DNA of 50,871 nt from Halocafeteria seosinensis (taxonomy: Eukaryota): assembly GCA_001687465.1 (NCBI GenBank), contig LVLI01000584.1, positions 1-50,871 on the forward strand. The letters are read 5' to 3'. The position numbers and the translations under genes were made by a program. This document shows, piece by piece, positions 46,384 to 50,871 of this stretch. How positions within the stretch are numbered: position 1 is the stretch's first letter; every line of letters starts with the position of its first letter. Below the pieces are notes generated by a model that was not told where the DNA came from, did no database searches, and saw only the letters and a program-made list of their open reading frames with translations.

Positions 46384-46384
46384 A

Positions 46385-46445
46385 AATCGGTTAGAACGCA
46401 CCGCTCATAACGGTGTTGTTATAGGTTCAAGTCCTATTAAGCCCA
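46385..46445 (+). tRNA. trnI: 5'-truncated mitochondrial tRNA with CAU anticodon, most likely lysidine-type tRNA-Ile
   Basis: aatcggttagaacgcaccgctCATaacggtg..ggttcaagtcctattaagccca retains the anticodon arm, T arm and 3' acceptor strand; the 5' acceptor strand is missing. It resembles organellar trnI(cau). Confidence 0.75.
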
Positions 46446-46447
46446 AC

Positions 46448-47035
46448 ATGAAACGTTTTGAAAATCTTGAAAAAACACAACAAAAAACAAGAAGTTTATC
46501 ATTAGAATATGCAATTTTCGTGAAACAAATGTTTCCTTCAATTAAAATTTATGCCCAGGGACAGGATTTATATATAAAAACTAGTCCAAAAAATATTTGA
46601 CGCATAGCTCAATTTCTTAAATTACATACGAATTCACAATTTAAATTGTTAATGGAAATTTGTGGTGTAGATTATCCCGAAAAACAATTTCGATTTGAAG
46701 TTATTTACCATTTTTTAAGTATACATTACAATAGTAGAATTAACTTAACAGTTTTTGTACAGGATGCTCAACCTTTACCAAGTTTAAATGATATTTATCC
46801 AAATTCAAACTGATTAGAACGAGAAGTTTGAGATATGTTTGGTGTTTTCTTTACTAATCACAAAGATTTACGACGAATTTTAACTGATTATGGTTTTAAG
46901 GGGCATCCTTTGCGAAAAGATTTTCCGTTAACTGGGTATACTGAAACTCTTTATAATGATTTTTTTAAAAACATTGAATATCAAGAAGTTTCATTATCAC
47001 AAGCTTATCGTAATTTTACCGTTTCAACTGAATAA
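46448..47035 (+). CDS. nad9: NADH dehydrogenase subunit 9 (TGA=Trp)
   Basis: [31 protein letters not shown] and [25 protein letters not shown]. Confidence 0.96.
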
Positions 47036-47059
47036 TAATTACAATAGATATTCAAAGTA

Positions 47060-48736
47060 ATGCAATTGTTTATGTTAACCGAAGAAGTTTCACTATTTTG
47101 ATCCAATATTGATTTTTTAATAAACATTTCTTTAATGTTTTTAGTTATTTTTTTTTTAAATTTTTTAATTGAAGAGAATATAAATAAAGTTAAATATATC
47201 CATTTAATTGTTGTTTTTTTTTTCTTTTGCTTAATATTTAATTCTGAGTTTTATTTAAGCTCATTTTTTCTTGAGACTTTTTCAAATAATAATACCACAG
47301 AGATTTTTTATAATTTAATCGATGAAAATAAGTTATTTTATTGTCATTTTATTTTTTTTGCATCGATAATTATTTTAACTATATTGTTTTTTGGTTTTTA
47401 TCAAAATACATTAATGAAATATAGTAAAGATTTTGAATTTACATTTTTAATCTTATTATTTTTTATTTCATCTTTATGTCTTTTTTTTAGTACTCAATTC
47501 ATTGAAATTTTTATTTGTTTAGAATGCATAAGTTTTTGTTCTTATGTTCTAATTGGGATGGAACGAGTTAATAAACTTAATGCTATTACAGGGATTCGAT
47601 ATTTAATTCTAAGTACAATTCCATCTTGTTTAGTAATTTTAGGTGGTATTTTCATTTATGAAAATTATGGATCATTTATTTTGAATAACGTAGAATTGTT
47701 TTTAGAAAGTTTTGCTTCGACCACAACTGATATCTCTTTTTTTAAAAATATTACATTATTTAATCATTTAAAAACTACATCAAATACCCCGGATTTTTTT
47801 AATTATTGATTTACTCATTTAACTAATTTAGAATCATTAATTCAATTTGTTGGATTTGACAATTTAGTTTTACGTGACTACTTTTTAGTATCAATTTATT
47901 TAGCGATTATTATGGTTTTGATTAATCTTTTATTTAAAATAACAGGTGCCCCCTTCCATATTTGAGCTCCTGTTGTTTATAATCAGGGACCATTAAGTAG
48001 TGTTGCTTTTTTAGCAACTTTTTCTAAATTTATTATTGTTTTATTCTTAATTAATTTGTTTACAACAATATTTTATTTTGCTAAACCTATTTGAAGTTAT
48101 GTTTTTTTATTTGTTAGTTTATTATCAGTTTGATGTGGGATGATTGGAGCATTTTCTCAACAATTTATTAAAAAATTTTTTATTTATAGTTCAATGACTG
48201 ATGTAGGATTTTTATTATTAGGTTGTACTTTTTATAACATTGAAAATCAAAAATCATTATTTAATTATTTATTCATTTATACCTTATCATCTTTATTGAT
48301 TTGATTTTCATTTTTATATTTACAACGGGATACAAAATTTTTAGTTAATTTACAATCTATTTTAAGTAAAAATCCTATTTTAACCCTTATTTTTTCCTTA
48401 AATATTTTTTCATTGGCTGGGATACCTCCTTTTGGTGGATTTTTTATTAAATTAGATATCTTAATTCATCTAGTAACATCTTCACATTTTTTTATTGCAT
48501 TATTATTATTATTACTTACTGTTATAAATTTTTATTATTATTTACGTTTAATTAAAATTTTATATTTTGAAACATATGTTTTTGAAAAATTAAATAAGGA
48601 TTCTAATAAAATTAAATATGAAAAATTATTAATTTTTGTGGTTTTAATTCATATTGTTTGTTTTTATGAATTTTTTACACAAGATATATTTTTATTTTTA
48701 TTTGATGACTTTATGAAAACTATGTATTTATCTTAA
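47060..48736 (+). CDS. nad2: NADH dehydrogenase subunit 2 (TGA=Trp)
   Basis: One frame throughout, with ICLECISFCSYVL, GIRYLIL, LFKITGAPFHIWAP, SLAGIPPFGGFFIK and FYYYLRLIK. Confidence 0.93.
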
Positions 48737-48779
48737 TTTATTTATCTATTTTTGATCGATTAATTTTTAATTAAATCGA

Positions 48780-49445
48780 ATGATTTTATATTTAAGTGAT
48801 TTTTTTATTATAGGATCCAATTATGGATTATTTATAGGTAGTATTTTATTGAGTATAACAAGTGTTAATCCTATACATTCTATCTTAAGTTTAATTAATA
48901 CTTTTTTAACAGGATCTATTTTTTTAGTTATTTTAAACTTAGTCTTTTTTGCATTAATATTCTTAGCAGTTTATTTAGGAGCAATTGCAATATTATTTTT
49001 ATTTATTGTTATGATGTTAGATATTAAAATAACGAATGAATCGTATTTACTTAGAAATTCTTGATCGTTTTTTGATATTTTAACTTTAACATTGCCGTTC
49101 ATTTGATTTCATATAGAATATCAAAATTTTAATATTTTAGAAATATTAACTCGTTATATCAATATTATTCAGAATACTGGAAATGATTTATTTACATTTG
49201 ATGTGGATTACTTTTGGTATGTAGAATTATTAACACATGTGCCACATGTTGTTGAAATCGGTCGTTATATGTTCGAAAGAATGACAATTGCATTTTTACT
49301 ATGTGGTTTATTATTATTTATTGCAATGGTGGGTGCTATTGTAGTGACCGTTGAACCTTTAGGAACAAAATTTTTATACCAACAAGATCCTGGTGATCAA
49401 GCAATAAGAAGTGCTCAAACAAGTTATTACTCTAATTTATATTAA
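48780..49445 (+). CDS. nad6: NADH dehydrogenase subunit 6 (TGA=Trp)
   Basis: NPIHSILSLI, VYLGAIAILFLFIVMML and LLFIAMVGAIV. Confidence 0.94.
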
Positions 49446-49451
49446 ATAATT

Positions 49452-50027
49452 ATGAAAAATGAAATAAAAAATGATTTATTATATAATAGATTTTATGAAA
49501 AAAAAATTGATGTTAATGATCTTTGTTTTATAACAAAATTTATTAAGGATAATCGAAAAATTAATTTACACGCCTCAAAAATTTTACTAAATTTTAGTTT
49601 TAAAGAAATTAATTTTAATAAAAAACGAGTAGCGCCTTTTTTATTAATTTTAGAAATCCTATCCAATCAACGTAACACGGCAATGAAATCAAAAAAAAAT
49701 ATTATTTATTTAAATATAAAGAAGAATACTTTTGTTGGATGTAAAGTAACACTTCGAAGACAAAATATTTATGAATTTTTAGATACTATTTTACTATATT
49801 TACCTCAATTAGAAAATATTAATTTAATAAAGCAACAAGAATTAAATAGAAATAAATTTAATAATTTTTCTTTTTGATTAAATCAATTGTTTAAATTTTA
49901 TCAATTAAAAAATTTACAACAAGACTTTGTACAGCGTTTACGAGTTGTTATTGTTTTCAATAGTTGATTATCAGAAGAAAAAAGTTTTTTCTTTACATCT
50001 AATAATATTCCAATTTTTTCTAAATAG
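49452..50027 (+). CDS. rpl5: mitochondrial ribosomal protein L5 (TGA=Trp)
   Basis: LEILSNQ and VGCKVTLRRQNIYEFLD; the frame continues through TGA codons to TAG at 50025-50027. Confidence 0.88.
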
Positions 50028-50043
50028 GATTTTCCTATTTAAC

Positions 50044-50115
50044 TGGAGTATAGCCAAGCGGTAAGGCGTCGGTTTTTGATACCGAGACGCAAAGGTTCGA
50101 ATCCTTTTACTCCAA
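50044..50115 (+). tRNA. trnQ: tRNA-Gln(UUG)
   Basis: Full cloverleaf: tggagtatagccaagcggtaaggc..tcggt ttTTGat accga..ggttcgaatcc..tactccaa. Confidence 0.95.
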
Positions 50116-50118
50116 AAC

Positions 50119-50192
50119 GTGTTTGTAGCTCAATTGGATAGAGCGGTAGATTACGAATCTATAGGTTGAGAGTTCGAGTCTTTCCAAACACA
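50119..50192 (+). tRNA. trnR: tRNA-Arg(ACG)
   Basis: Full cloverleaf: gtgtttgtagctcaattggatagagc gtaga ttACGaa tctat..gttcgagtc..caaacaca. Confidence 0.95.
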
Positions 50193-50260
50193 AATTTGTG
50201 AAGGTTTTATATTTTAAATTTTCATTATTCATTACAAGATTATTACTAGAATTTATAATA

Positions 50261-50871
50261 ATGTACTTACGTCAACATCAAAATACAAATAAATTGAAAA
50301 GTTTTACTTTAAATTTTGGTCCTCAACATCCAGCAGCACACGGTGTTTTACGTTTGATTTTAGAATTAGAAGGGGAAGTAATAAAAAATGCTGACTCTCA
50401 TATAGGTTTATTACATCGTGGAACTGAAAAGTTAATTGAACACAAGACTTATTTGCAAGCATTACCTTATTTTGATCGTCTTGATTACGTTTCAATAATG
50501 AATCAAGAACATACTTATTCACTAGCTGTTGAAAAATTATTAAATTTACAAATTCCGAAAAGAGCACAATATATTAGGGTTATGTTTTGTGAAATAACTC
50601 GAATATTAAATCACTTATTAAATGTTGGGACACATGCTTTAGATGTTGGTGCAATGACCCCAATGTTATGAGCTTTTGAAGAACGTGAAAAATTAATGGA
50701 ATTCTATGAACGTGTATCCGGTGCTCGTTTACATGCTAGTTATATTAGACCCGGTGGGGTACAACAAGATTTACCAATGGGGCTGTTAGAAGATATTGAT
50801 CAATTTGTTAATCAATTTCATTACAGATTGGATGAAATTGAAGAGTTATTAACAAATAATCGTATTTGAAA
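50261..50871 (+). CDS. nad7: NADH dehydrogenase subunit 7 (TGA=Trp), runs off the window
   Basis: [38 protein letters not shown] and [12 protein letters not shown]. Confidence 0.97.

Larger units (their letters stand above)
46385..50871 (+). other. mitochondrial DNA segment (recent NUMT or assembly chimera), TGA=Trp code
   Basis: Abrupt switch to very AT-rich DNA with co-oriented nad, rpl and trn genes. TGA occupies conserved Trp sites (nad9 NWLEREVWDMFG, nad2 PFHIWAP, nad7 TPMLWAFEERE). Confidence 0.95.

Noticed and set aside
46370..46600. 76-aa ORF MAGVPNRLERTAHNG...
   Set aside because: Chance read-through from the nuclear repeat across the tRNA into nad9; it ends at a TGA that is Trp in the mitochondrial code.
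50022..50040. Hairpin aaatagga-ttt-tcctattt as a terminator
   Set aside because: Short AT-rich stem in AT-rich DNA directly before co-oriented tRNAs; not distinguishable from chance.
46448..50871. Fragmented nad/rpl pseudogenes or selenoproteins
   Set aside because: The breaks examined are in-frame TGA codons, several at conserved Trp positions, which indicates a genetic-code difference.

Overview
Nuclear DNA of a compact-genome eukaryote (probably a protist; short GT-AG introns of about 60-90 nt, moderate GC), with four zones. (1) 1-4770: AT-rich long inverted-repeat arms with internal ~75-bp subrepeats enclose a host-like spliced orphan gene and end at a perfect 20-bp palindrome. (2) ~5000-24900: dense housekeeping block with two convergent S10 serine carboxypeptidase paralogs around a Dsn1/Mis13-like gene, an EF-hand protein, COG3, an ankyrin-PH protein, thymidine kinase and a CTC1-like protein. 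(3) ~25000-46380: gene-poor, decaying zone with a tandem pair of atypical TALE homeobox genes (WFRNE), a P-loop pseudogene, decayed hAT-like transposons, tandemly duplicated fragments, and a giant intronless GLUG-repeat/mucin-stalk/multi-TM surface protein facing its own pseudogene paralog. (4) ~46385-end: apparently intact mitochondrial DNA using TGA=Trp (5'-truncated trnI(cau), nad9, nad2, nad6, rpl5, trnQ, trnR, nad7), joined inside a nuclear dispersed repeat, so a very recent NUMT or an assembly chimera. The best candidates for novelty are the gene-enclosing long-TIR element and the TALE pair in a degenerating region. All calls come from reading motifs by eye; no searches were run.
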